Of a stretch of DNA of 64,000 bases, positions 45,613-53,788 are shown in pieces (within the stretch, counting starts at the first letter, position 1; every line of letters begins with the position of its first letter). This stretch comes from Synergistaceae bacterium. Its GTDB lineage: Bacteria; Synergistota; Synergistia; Synergistales; Aminobacteriaceae. The DNA is taken from positions 20,570 to 84,569 of the forward strand of contig JAFSWW010000080.1 in NCBI GenBank assembly GCA_017444345.1, given 5' to 3'. The position numbers and the translations under genes are program-made. The notes beneath the pieces are model-generated. The model had not been told where the DNA came from. It did no database searches and was given only the letters and a program-made list of their open reading frames with translations.

Positions 45613-46908
45613 TTACCACCTTACGCGCATATCAAATCTAAATCCTATACCTGATACAAATTGAGTGTTATCGACTTGTGCGAGCCTTGCCCGGCCTTCC
45701 CATGCCTTCCTGAAATTCAAAACTGTAGTCATATCCGGTGCTGTTCCTGTGCAGTCGATTCCCTCGGAATTATAGCGAATTATATCAAGCCTTATATCCA
45801 TGCTTTGAGTCTGCGTAAAAATTTCGCCTATATCAGCAAGCACTTCTTCCAAAGGGTGAGCGGCTTGGCCTGTGTTAGTCAACGAGTCAATCTTATCGCG
45901 CGCAAGTGTTACAGGATTTGAGATTCGCCCGGTATGTGAAGGATCAAAATTTTGACGATAAATTTTTTCGCTGCGTGTTCTTAATTCTTGAACTTGTCCC
46001 TGAAGTTGATTCCAGCGTAAATAACTCGCTGATATGGCCGCGACTCCAAGCACTAAAAGCCAAATTGCCGCACGAGTCATAAATTTTATATTGCGCTCTA
46101 GGTCAATAGCTCCCTCAAGTGCCGAACGGGATAAATTTATATTATTCAGCCACGGACAAATTTTTAAACTCTCGCTAATCATGCCGCGAAATTCTTTATT
46201 AGACTCCTCGTCGTCCTCGTCATTGTTGCCTGATACGTTAATAATAAAATTCCCGCCGCGTTCTAATTCACGAGTTTTGCAGTAATTATCATACCAAGCT
46301 ATTTCTTTATTTTCCGAGTCCTCGCCTGTAACTTTCCGCCAGCGGTATAAAACGGGTTTATTATTCTGCCATAAAATCGAGCAAATATTTTCTTCGTCTA
46401 TATATGCAGTTATCCCCGTGCCGTTGTATTCTTTCAAGCGAGAAATAAAAGGCAATGGAGCGGGCCAAATTTTATTACTTGCGCCGGACTCATATGAGAA
46501 ACTAGGCAAATTTAACTCTTCGGGCGAAACATACCAAACAATTCCATTAACTGAACGCCCGGACTTTGCGATAACGACGGGGAATAATTCGAGCTTCCCG
46601 GCCGCTGAATATGGCATAACTTGAAGTCTTAAGGCCTCGCGAATCTTAGTATTACCGGAAAAAGGGAACGCAAAATCTTCAAGTGAAAGCGACCTCATAG
46701 GGACAAGAGTAATAAAATTTTTCGCTGATTCTTGACTTGATGCGATAATCTTTATAACTTTGCGGCTCTCTTGATACTCTTCGCCGTTCTCGTCATTTGT
46801 ACCCTTCTCGTGAATCTCTAGAATCCTGCGAAATTCTGTATCAGTGAAATCTTCTCCCGTTTTCTTCCTGAATAAATTTTCTATGTTCATATTTAAATCT
46901 AGCTTCAT
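45613..46908 (-). CDS. GspL-like (or fused PilM/PilN-like) assembly protein
   Basis: It has a cytoplasmic domain of about 285 aa, one TM (AAIWLLVLGVAAISASYL) and a periplasmic domain of about 130 aa. The ATG at 46908 follows GGGAGGA and overlaps the gspK stop (ATGA). Confidence 0.45.
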   Translation of the reverse strand: MKLDLNMNIENLFRKKTGEDFTDTEFRRILEIHEKGTNDENGEEYQESRKVIKIIASSQESAKNFITLVPMRSLSLEDFAFPFSGNTKIREALRLQVMPYSAAGKLELFPVVIAKSGRSVNGIVWYVSPEELNLPSFSYESGASNKIWPAPLPFISRLKEYNGTGITAYIDEENICSILWQNNKPVLYRWRKVTGEDSENKEIAWYDNYCKTRELERGGNFIINVSGNNDEDDEESNKEFRGMISESLKICPWLNNINLSRSALEGAIDLERNIKFMTRAAIWLLVLGVAAISASYLRWNQLQGQVQELRTRSEKIYRQNFDPSHTGRISNPVTLARDKIDSLTNTGQAAHPLEEVLADIGEIFTQTQSMDIRLDIIRYNSEGIDCTGTAPDMTTVLNFRKAWEGRARLAQVDNTQFVSGIGFRFDMRVRW

Positions 46909-47873
46909 GATTCCTCCCATTTGATTATCTGCTTAGAGTCTCTATCTAATATTATATTAAATGATTTGCCCCCGTTGCCTGTATCGTCAAGACATTCAAT
47001 TTTCAGCAAAAAATAACGGCTCTTGAATCCGATTAAATTTGTTAATTTGTTGCTGCTTTTAGCTGAAAATCCGGGAAGTTTCCGCAAATCCGCCATATCT
47101 TTAATAGGTGTCTCTGCTCTAGTGCGTTCGATTCTTTCTGCGACTCCTCCTGTATCAAGACCGGGCATTAACTCCATGACATAAACGGGAGCGACATTTA
47201 TATTAATTTTGCCGTCGCTGTAAACTGTGCAGTAATCAACAAATCCCTTTTTGCCTTCTGAACCGTATAATAATTCTTGGGGAATATCGCGGCTCAACAT
47301 CATTAATTCTGACGGGTCATAGGGTGCTCTATTAATGAATTCTTCACGTTCAGAACTTCCGACTCTGGGTTTGTCGTTCCTGTCAATAAAGTCAAGCACT
47401 ACATTTGAATTATTTACATTGCCGATTTTGCGCCATAATTCTTCCCATAATTCCGAGATTTCGCGCCTCAAAGTATTACCATCGGGCAAGAATAAATTTC
47501 TAAGGGGGATTTTATCATCTAAGGGGACAATTTGAGCGACCCAGATTCCTAAATCATTTCCGAGCGGCAAAATAAAAGGCTGGTACCATCTTTGATCGGC
47601 GGGGCTGTCATATTTAAATTGTGCGGCGACTTGAGTCAATGCTTTCATTACTACAATTGCGAGAACATCGGCCATGCTTCTGCGTTCAATTGCGCGTAAT
47701 TCTTGGCCTGTAGTCCTGACTTGAGCACGAACGAACCAGCTAAAAGCCGTAGCACATGAAATTAATAACACTCCCAGCATTAAGACACTCACGAGGACAA
47801 AGCCGGATTTTCTTGATTTATTTTTACGGGAACACGATAACGCTTTCGAGTTCGTCAAGATTTTCGCTTTCAT
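46905..47873 (-). CDS. gspK: Minor pseudopilin GspK
   Basis: It has a prepilin-like N-terminus without Glu5 (RKSGFVLVSVLMLGVLL) and a T2SSK-like HhH region (ININVAPVYVMELMPGLD...IKDMADLRKLPGF). Confidence 0.65.
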   Translation of the reverse strand: MKAKILTNSKALSCSRKNKSRKSGFVLVSVLMLGVLLISCATAFSWFVRAQVRTTGQELRAIERRSMADVLAIVVMKALTQVAAQFKYDSPADQRWYQPFILPLGNDLGIWVAQIVPLDDKIPLRNLFLPDGNTLRREISELWEELWRKIGNVNNSNVVLDFIDRNDKPRVGSSEREEFINRAPYDPSELMMLSRDIPQELLYGSEGKKGFVDYCTVYSDGKININVAPVYVMELMPGLDTGGVAERIERTRAETPIKDMADLRKLPGFSAKSSNKLTNLIGFKSRYFLLKIECLDDTGNGGKSFNIILDRDSKQIIKWEES

Positions 47874-48474
47874 TATTATTTACTCCGTTATTAATTATTT
47901 GCGTATTATCTAAATTTTTGCGTGAAATTTTTATATATATTCCATGAGGAAGAGGCCCCGCAAAATCTTTCTTGTTATCATCGGCGCGTGAATTTGTAGG
48001 TACTTCGACTTTAAATGCGCTTACATAGGGCAGAACGAGCTGACCGTCTTCACCTCTTAATTTTTCGTGATTTATAGAATTCGGAGCCTTCCCGGGAATG
48101 ATCCATCTATATAGACCGGGGATTATATTATTATTATTAATTCCGCCCTCGTTGAGCTTATAAACGAGAGTCCCGGCCGGCAGCCCCTGAACAGACGGAG
48201 CAGAACTCATAATCATTAAAATATCGTCATCTCTATTTCCCATTGATTCATGATCTATAATAGTTATCACATTTGCGGCCAGTCTCATGGCAGAATTTAG
48301 ATCACGCGTTATAAAATTCATTGTGCGCTGTAATGCCGAAACATCCGAGTATCTTTCTTGAGTCTCTACTACTCTTCTTACTGTAAAGACTACGGGAGCA
48401 AGCGCAAGAGTGGCCAGCATTCCCGTAAGCATAACAGCAATTAATATTTCTAAGAGTGTAAAACCTTTTCTCAT
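47824..48474 (-). CDS. Pseudopilin (GspJ-like size)
   Basis: It begins MRKGFTLLEILIAVMLTGMLATLALAP and is 216 aa long. Its start overlaps the stop of the upstream Wzy_C gene. Confidence 0.7.
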   Translation of the reverse strand: MRKGFTLLEILIAVMLTGMLATLALAPVVFTVRRVVETQERYSDVSALQRTMNFITRDLNSAMRLAANVITIIDHESMGNRDDDILMIMSSAPSVQGLPAGTLVYKLNEGGINNNNIIPGLYRWIIPGKAPNSINHEKLRGEDGQLVLPYVSAFKVEVPTNSRADDNKKDFAGPLPHGIYIKISRKNLDNTQIINNGVNNNESENLDELESVIVFP

Positions 48475-50555
48475 TTGCTAGTATTATTATTTCGCGCTTC
48501 AGGTGCCGGACCGTTCGCAATAACAAGAGCGTCAAATATATTTCCTTTTTCGTCTCTGTGACGCTGCCTCACTAAATGATAAGTACCGGGCTTGAAATAG
48601 CTTACCAGCTCGATTAATGCATTCTGAATCTGATATTTTTGCGCATAAGTCAATAACCTGTTAATATCTTCTGAGTGAGGCTCCCTGTGAAAATGCTGCC
48701 ATAAAGTATTAAAGCCTCGTGCAATTAATTCGCGGTCGTTAGTCTGTTCACCTAACTGTAAATAATGATACCCGATATTTCTCTGTGCTTCCTCGTATAC
48801 AATCGGATGTTTTGCGGCCTCATTGAGTAAATTAATTTGCAAATTTGGATTCTGAGTCGATAAGGCCTGACGTAATACATAATTCCCGTAAATCCCATCT
48901 GAAATATATAACACTCCGGCAATTGATGAGGCTATACAAATCAGCCCGATTATATTCATGAATGCTTTTGACTTGAAAGCAGGAAATTTCAATTTATCAC
49001 CGAAAAATTCACGATTAGACAAGGCAAATGCTAAAGTTATCCATACCATATTCTCTATCCTGTGAAATGGACGGGTGAAAATCGCACAAAAAGTTATCAA
49101 TGACGTTAAACCGAGTGCCCAGACAGCATTAATATTTATTTCCTTGCGCTTGATTAAGCCCCTGACAGCCGGAACGAACCACGCAAGATACATAATAATT
49201 AATATTATCCCCCCGATATAGCCGCCTTCACAGAACCATTGCAAAAACTCATTATGCGCCCAGTGGGTATATTGCCATACGTACCAGTCATTATTAAATA
49301 TTTTGAAGCCCTCGCGCTGTGCCTCCATATAGTGCCATTTATATTGACCAGTGCCGACTCCTAATGGGTGCTCTCTGAACATTGCGTAAGAAGTTGACCA
49401 GATCCCCCGCCTGTTGCCTATATTTTCCGCGTGTTCAATTATATCCGCAGTCTTCTCAATAAGACCGCCTGCACGGCTTGAACTCGTAGAGACCCAGAAG
49501 ACAGCGAGCAAGACAATCATAACCGCCCCGAATCTGATTACATAATTACGGTTAAATTTCCATGCCGCTATAATTAACATGACAAGAAAGCCGCTCACAA
49601 GTGCAAGAAATCCCGATCTGCTCGTCGAATTCAGCAAGCCCCAGAAATTTATACCTGCTAAGAATAATAAAATCACGCTGTAATAAACTCTCTTGTCATT
49701 GCCGAGATAAAACGCGAGCGCAAAAGTTCCCAGCATGAATAATCCGGCCAAGATCGCAAGTAAAATATTTCCATGTTCAACCGCAAATTTTAAGCATATA
49801 ACGCCCAGTGCAAGACTTACAGCAGGGGAATAAATTTTTTTGCCGTGTTCGTCCGAGTCATTTTTCCATGCGTCATAGACAAATAAATATATAGCTCCTA
49901 AAGCTGCTACGGCTGTCCATAATCCGAACATGTTTTGCTGTGCAGTGTTGCCGATATAATTTCCGGGAGTCGGCAAGATTATGCTGCTAAATTGCTTGAG
50001 TGATTCAAAAATTGTCCCGTCAAGAAATGAGAAATTATTTAGATCCCTAATCTGAAGCTCTGCATATAACACGTTCAAAGCCGCGTTTAAATTCCCTAAT
50101 AATAATACATAACGCAAGCCGTTATCAGGAAATGACGAGACGCTTATAACATAGAATGCCCAGACAGCAAGAAAGCATACCATCTCAAGCGCGAATCCAG
50201 TCGGAGAAAATATTTTTACCCATAAAGGCTGTAATGCAGAATAAGCAAGCAAAACCGCCCATATAATCGCAAATATATCAATCTTGAATCTAATTTTATC
50301 CTTGCCATAAATCAATAATCTCAAGCCGGCAACAAATACAGCTATTGCAATGGGAACTCCTGTAACTGTCCATTTTATAACGTGCAGAGTGTCAGCAAAT
50401 TTTATACCGGAATATACTAGATTAGGCAGTGCCAGCGATATAAACCATAGGGGCAGCAATATCCAAACAGGCACTAGGGGAACTTGAATATATTTATCGG
50501 GTATCTTATTAATTTTTGCCCTATCAAGTGAAAGCAGCTTTTCTTTTTTCTTCAT
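48471..50555 (-). CDS. Wzy_C (O-antigen ligase / PglL-TfpO-like) polytopic protein with a TPR-like C-terminal domain
   Basis: It has at least 10 TM segments and the Wzy_C signature region (SRSGFLALVSGF...YTHWAHNEFLQWFCEGGYIGG). A soluble helical C-terminus of about 150 aa follows. Confidence 0.7.
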   Translation of the reverse strand: MKKKEKLLSLDRAKINKIPDKYIQVPLVPVWILLPLWFISLALPNLVYSGIKFADTLHVIKWTVTGVPIAIAVFVAGLRLLIYGKDKIRFKIDIFAIIWAVLLAYSALQPLWVKIFSPTGFALEMVCFLAVWAFYVISVSSFPDNGLRYVLLLGNLNAALNVLYAELQIRDLNNFSFLDGTIFESLKQFSSIILPTPGNYIGNTAQQNMFGLWTAVAALGAIYLFVYDAWKNDSDEHGKKIYSPAVSLALGVICLKFAVEHGNILLAILAGLFMLGTFALAFYLGNDKRVYYSVILLFLAGINFWGLLNSTSRSGFLALVSGFLVMLIIAAWKFNRNYVIRFGAVMIVLLAVFWVSTSSSRAGGLIEKTADIIEHAENIGNRRGIWSTSYAMFREHPLGVGTGQYKWHYMEAQREGFKIFNNDWYVWQYTHWAHNEFLQWFCEGGYIGGIILIIMYLAWFVPAVRGLIKRKEININAVWALGLTSLITFCAIFTRPFHRIENMVWITLAFALSNREFFGDKLKFPAFKSKAFMNIIGLICIASSIAGVLYISDGIYGNYVLRQALSTQNPNLQINLLNEAAKHPIVYEEAQRNIGYHYLQLGEQTNDRELIARGFNTLWQHFHREPHSEDINRLLTYAQKYQIQNALIELVSYFKPGTYHLVRQRHRDEKGNIFDALVIANGPAPEARNNNTSK

Positions 50556-50583
50556 GTATTAATTAACTCCTTAAAAAATTTAT

Positions 50584-52143
50584 TTATTGCACAAGTGTAT
50601 ATCTCTCAACAGGAGCAAATGAATCGCTGAATGCCGGTATTGCTGGATTTGGCACAAAGGGTTCAAGCCACTGATGAGAAAGTAAGGCCGAAATTTTTGC
50701 GTCAGGAGTAGGCGACACTGTAGAAGCTGTATCTCCCATTCCTACGAGTATAATATTTTGCAAAATTTGCGCGTATTTAGGCTCATCGAATAAAACCGGA
50801 AATATCATCATAGTACTAAATGACGTATTAAACGCTTTATATATCCCATGAAAGACTCCGGATTTAGTGCCGTAAAGAGACGCTATAATATTTACAATTA
50901 ATGTGCCGTCGGGATTCAATAATTCGCGCAGTCTCTCAGCAGTCTCTATCGTGGTCATCTGAAACGGTATCGAAGTCCATGAGCTGAAAGTGTCCATTAA
51001 AATCGCGTCATATTTCTCGAAACCGGCTTTTATTGCACGATTTAAGAAAGTTCTTGCGTCCTCGTGAAAGATTCTCAAATTCGGGTGATCCTTCAAATCA
51101 AAATATACCCGCGCCGTGTCAGTTATTCCCGGGTCAAGCTCTACTACATCAATCGAGACATCAGGACGTTCTGACAATAAATAACGAGGGAAGCAATAAC
51201 CGCCCCCGCCAAGCATTAAAACTTTTTTTGTGTCAGGCTTATAGTGAAATGCTAAATCATAAAATTTTGTGTAACTGCTTACTAATTCCGAGGGATTATC
51301 AAGATACATTAATGATTGAGCCGCGTCGGGATTTGTGATTAATACTCTTAAAGGCCGGCCCGTTCGAGTATTCCTTGCGTCATGGTCAATTATTGAAAGG
51401 TGATTATACGCTGTATCAATTTGGACTCCGCGAGGTGTAAAGGGTAAGCCTAAATTTTCAGCCGCATATGTAGCTCCGGCAAGTATAAATAATAATAAAA
51501 TATTTCTCCATGCTCCTGTGTATACGAGAACTGACAATAAAGCAATCAAGCTCGATAAAAGCATTAAGATAATCCCCGACGGAAATAGAGAAATCAGCAC
51601 AAAGCCGCCTAAAAATGTTCCCAGAATGCTCCCGGCTGAATTCAAAGCCGATAAACGCCCGACGACTGCACCCGACGAGTCAACATTCTGCATAGCAAGA
51701 CGAGCTACAAAGGGCGATACCATACCGAGTAATATGCTGGCTGGAGCAAATATAATTACTGCTGCAAAGACTGAAGCGAGATATAAATTTAATACAAGAG
51801 ACTGCAGCCACGTTAAAATCATGTTGCTTGAATATGCAGTGATTGCTATTATTATCGCAGTAAAAATTAATATCCGTCCGAGTAATTTTGCGTCTGGATT
51901 CTTGTCAACAACTGCACCGCCCAGCCAGTTCCCTATACATAGACTCGTCATAATTATGCCGATTAATGCAGTCCATACTATTAATGATGTCCCGAAAAAA
52001 GGAGCTACCATCCGCGAGCCTGTTAACTCAAGTATCATAGTAGCTGCTCCGCTGAAAAATGAAACTAGCTGTAAACGTAATTGAATCTTGACTCGTAATC
52101 TATTATTATTTCTGTAATCGTAATCATTCAAAATTTTTGTCAA
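50584..52143 (-). CDS. Fused membrane domain plus spermidine-synthase-like (class I SAM-fold) protein
   Basis: The N-terminal ~220 aa is polytopic. The C-terminus contains KVLMLGGGGYCFPRYLL, VDVVELDPGI and DAILMD, which are SpeE-like motifs. Confidence 0.65.
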   Translation of the reverse strand: MTKILNDYDYRNNNRLRVKIQLRLQLVSFFSGAATMILELTGSRMVAPFFGTSLIVWTALIGIIMTSLCIGNWLGGAVVDKNPDAKLLGRILIFTAIIIAITAYSSNMILTWLQSLVLNLYLASVFAAVIIFAPASILLGMVSPFVARLAMQNVDSSGAVVGRLSALNSAGSILGTFLGGFVLISLFPSGIILMLLSSLIALLSVLVYTGAWRNILLLFILAGATYAAENLGLPFTPRGVQIDTAYNHLSIIDHDARNTRTGRPLRVLITNPDAAQSLMYLDNPSELVSSYTKFYDLAFHYKPDTKKVLMLGGGGYCFPRYLLSERPDVSIDVVELDPGITDTARVYFDLKDHPNLRIFHEDARTFLNRAIKAGFEKYDAILMDTFSSWTSIPFQMTTIETAERLRELLNPDGTLIVNIIASLYGTKSGVFHGIYKAFNTSFSTMMIFPVLFDEPKYAQILQNIILVGMGDTASTVSPTPDAKISALLSHQWLEPFVPNPAIPAFSDSFAPVERYTLVQ

Positions 52144-52342
52144 CTCCCTATGTGAAATTATAAAATATTTTAAAGCCTAAATTTTGATTTAATGCAAAAA
52201 ATTTCATAAATAATATTACTCAATCATGCAAATATCATGGAAAATTTTTTATGTGAATTCTATACACACGCAAGCCGAGTCTTTTATTCCCTCCCTTCTT
52301 TTCTCTAGTCTACGTAAATAAAACGCGCTGATAATCAAAATT

Positions 52343-53788
52343 TTATTTCTTGTAAGTACCCGGCATAAACAATAACAAGACCGCAAATAATTCAAGCCTT
52401 CCTGCTAACATACAAAACGAGAACAGCCATTTTACAAAACTGGGCAGCCACGCAAAATTTTCTACTGGCCCTAAAGCATTCAAACCCGGCCCGACATTGC
52501 TTAAACATGTTACAACGCCGGTAAAAGCCGTCAATAATTCAATACCAAATGCCGTAGTTATGAGAGTCGCTCCTGATAAAATCGCCATGTATAACACGAA
52601 AAATGCAGCTGATGAGTCCATTGTGCCTTTAGGAATCGGACGACCGTTTAATCTTGCTGTAATTACTGCGCGGGGGTGTAATAACCTCCAAATTTCTGAC
52701 TTTAACTGCCGGCCTATTATGATAAAACGCGAGACTTTACAGCCGCCTCCCGTTGAACCTCCTGACGCTCCTATGAACATTAACAGGACAAATATAAATT
52801 TTGTGAGTTCAGGCCATAAATTATAATCTTCAACGATAAATCCCGTCGTTGTCATGACGCTTACAACATGGAAAAATGTACGTCTCAAAGTATGCTCGAT
52901 TCCCTGAAAAGCTCCGGCAAAATATAAAGCTATTGACATTACAAGAGCCGCTATCACAGTAATTAATAAATATGATTTAAACTCTTCATCGGCAAGAAAT
53001 TCGCGGAATCTTTTATTTAATATCAGGAAATATAACGAGAAATTAACCCCGCTTGCGAACATAAATATTATTATGACCCACTGAATAAACGGACTCGTGA
53101 AATATGCTATAGAATTATTTTTTGTAGAAAATCCGCCCGTCGCTATAGTTGAACATGAATGTGCAAACGCGTCAAATAAAGTCATCCCCCCGAAAAATAA
53201 TAATACCGTCTCAATCAAAGTAAAAGCTACATAGACACCCCATAAATATATAGCCGTCTGATGTAAACGGGGAGTCAATTTTTCAGCAGTTACTCCGGGG
53301 ACTTCAGCTTTGTACATTTCCATGCCTGAGACTCCTAAGAAGGGCAGGACTGCGAGACTTAATACTATTATTCCCATTCCGCCCATCCAGTGAGTAAGAG
53401 AACGCCATAATAAAATCCCGCGCGGCAATGATTCTATATCAGTCATTATAGTAGCTCCCGTAGTTGTGAATCCTGACATAGTCTCAAAAAATGCGTCCGT
53501 GTAACTCACATAACCGGCAAAATAATAAGGCAATGCACCCAGTAATGACGCAGCAATCCACGAGAATCCAGTAATGCCGACCCCCTCGCGAATCCCTATT
53601 GAAGACTGCGAGCCTTTGGAGTAAATCCGCAAAATAATACACGTTATAATTCCCGTAAACATTGACAAGGCAAATGCGCCCGAGTCCTTGCTGTCATCAT
53701 ATAGGGCAATCAACAAAGACGGAATCATTGCGAACGATACTACTAGACAAATTAAGGCAATTACGCCAGCTACTGTTTTAGTCTTCAT
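52343..53788 (-). CDS. trkH: Trk-type K+ uptake membrane subunit
   Basis: It is polytopic with repeated selectivity-filter-like segments (MSGFTTTGAT, IATGGFS, TTTGF, NVGPGL). Confidence 0.9.
   Translation of the reverse strand: MKTKTVAGVIALICLVVSFAMIPSLLIALYDDSKDSGAFALSMFTGIITCIILRIYSKGSQSSIGIREGVGITGFSWIAASLLGALPYYFAGYVSYTDAFFETMSGFTTTGATIMTDIESLPRGILLWRSLTHWMGGMGIIVLSLAVLPFLGVSGMEMYKAEVPGVTAEKLTPRLHQTAIYLWGVYVAFTLIETVLLFFGGMTLFDAFAHSCSTIATGGFSTKNNSIAYFTSPFIQWVIIIFMFASGVNFSLYFLILNKRFREFLADEEFKSYLLITVIAALVMSIALYFAGAFQGIEHTLRRTFFHVVSVMTTTGFIVEDYNLWPELTKFIFVLLMFIGASGGSTGGGCKVSRFIIIGRQLKSEIWRLLHPRAVITARLNGRPIPKGTMDSSAAFFVLYMAILSGATLITTAFGIELLTAFTGVVTCLSNVGPGLNALGPVENFAWLPSFVKWLFSFCMLAGRLELFAVLLLFMPGTYKK

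Noticed and set aside
47756-47947. Small ORFs at gene junctions (47756..47947, 61275..61457, 17919..18134, 57762..57962).
   Set aside because: They overlap the ends of neighbouring well-supported genes or lie antisense to them, and they have no RBS or recognisable domains.
37351-50555. Interpreting the locus as a type IV pilus or competence pseudopilus system.
   Set aside because: The locus has GspG-specific core motifs, a GspK-type minor pilin, a PDZ-containing GspC-like protein and L/M/N-like bitopic proteins. PilT/PilU, PilP and ComEA/ComEC are absent. This favours a T2SS, but the conclusion still needs HMM and phylogenetic confirmation.
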